Assembly: GCA_045863035.1 (NCBI GenBank)
Contig: BTUV01000005.1
Location: 47,899-111,898 of the forward strand
DNA from: Ignavibacteriales bacterium
GTDB taxonomy: Bacteria > Bacteroidota > Ignavibacteria > Ignavibacteriales > Ignavibacteriaceae
Length of the DNA: 64,000 nt
Reading direction: 5' to 3'
This document shows, one piece after another, positions 63,961 to 64,000 of this stretch. Position 1 is the stretch's first letter; each line of letters starts with the position of its first letter. The notes beneath the pieces were generated by a model that did not search any database, was not told the origin of the DNA, and saw nothing but the letters and a program-made list of their open reading frames with translations. A program made the translations under genes and the position numbers.

Positions 63961-64000
63961 TTCATTTTACTTCTGCCGACTATATCATTCTTCTTTTCTT

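Noticed and set aside
1-64000. CRISPR arrays, rRNA genes, IS elements
   Set aside because: Reading both strands turned up no regularly spaced direct repeats, no rRNA-like conserved blocks and no transposase-like ORFs.

Overview
This is a 64-kb chromosomal window that is almost entirely densely packed housekeeping genes. All calls rest on by-eye motif recognition; no searches were run.

**Likely source.** The content suggests an FCB-group bacterium (Ignavibacteria/Bacteroidota-like). This is an inference from the TPP-riboswitch-controlled TonB receptor plus thiamine pyrophosphokinase, an Hc1-like histone, TAnnTTTG-type promoter boxes and frequent weak or absent SD sequences.

**Core content, left to right:**
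- tRNA-Leu(UAA) and tRNA-Val(GAC), then the classical thrS-infC-rpmI-rplT-pheS-pheT block.
- A ZapB-like protein, ZapA, a structured roughly 200-nt 6S-like RNA candidate and RNase Y.
- coaE, prephenate dehydratase, proline dehydrogenase, tsaD and a chorismate-mutase::MltG fusion.
- A long minus-strand operon: SPOR protein, hutI, split FTCD, NamZ-like protein, unknown protein, EndoG-like nuclease.
- glgA, gmhB and an envelope cluster, then glyA, tatC and a polyprenyl synthase.
- USP, a cNMP-binding protein and a HisA-like protein, then bioY and an HdrD-like membrane Fe-S protein.
- Hc1, CapA, IDH, an MFS transporter, dusB, a PAP2-like protein and PolX.
- ech, apt, Nudix, PfkB, mtnA, recO, htrA and aroC.
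- An MBL hydrolase, an outer-membrane protein, a degenerate ABC pair, an acyl-CoA carboxyltransferase and a six-LysM MltD.
- A TPP riboswitch, TonB-dependent receptor and TPK module.

**Accessory region.** The only clearly accessory DNA is the left roughly 2.7 kb. It is visibly more AT-rich. It holds a frameshifted restriction-enzyme N-terminal fragment and an orphan 447-aa protein with an RNxxxH (HEPN-type) motif. Copies of a short GC-rich repeat/hairpin bracket it. This is the best candidate for a defence-type element, but it may be cut by the window edge.

**Other points worth follow-up:**
- the 6S-like RNA candidate;
- the CM::MltG fusion;
- a PolX whose three palm carboxylates appear substituted;
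- a PfkB-kinase/MtnA-like isomerase pair;
- an ABC ATPase/permease pair with degenerate catalytic motifs.

No CRISPR array, transposase, integrase or rRNA was seen.
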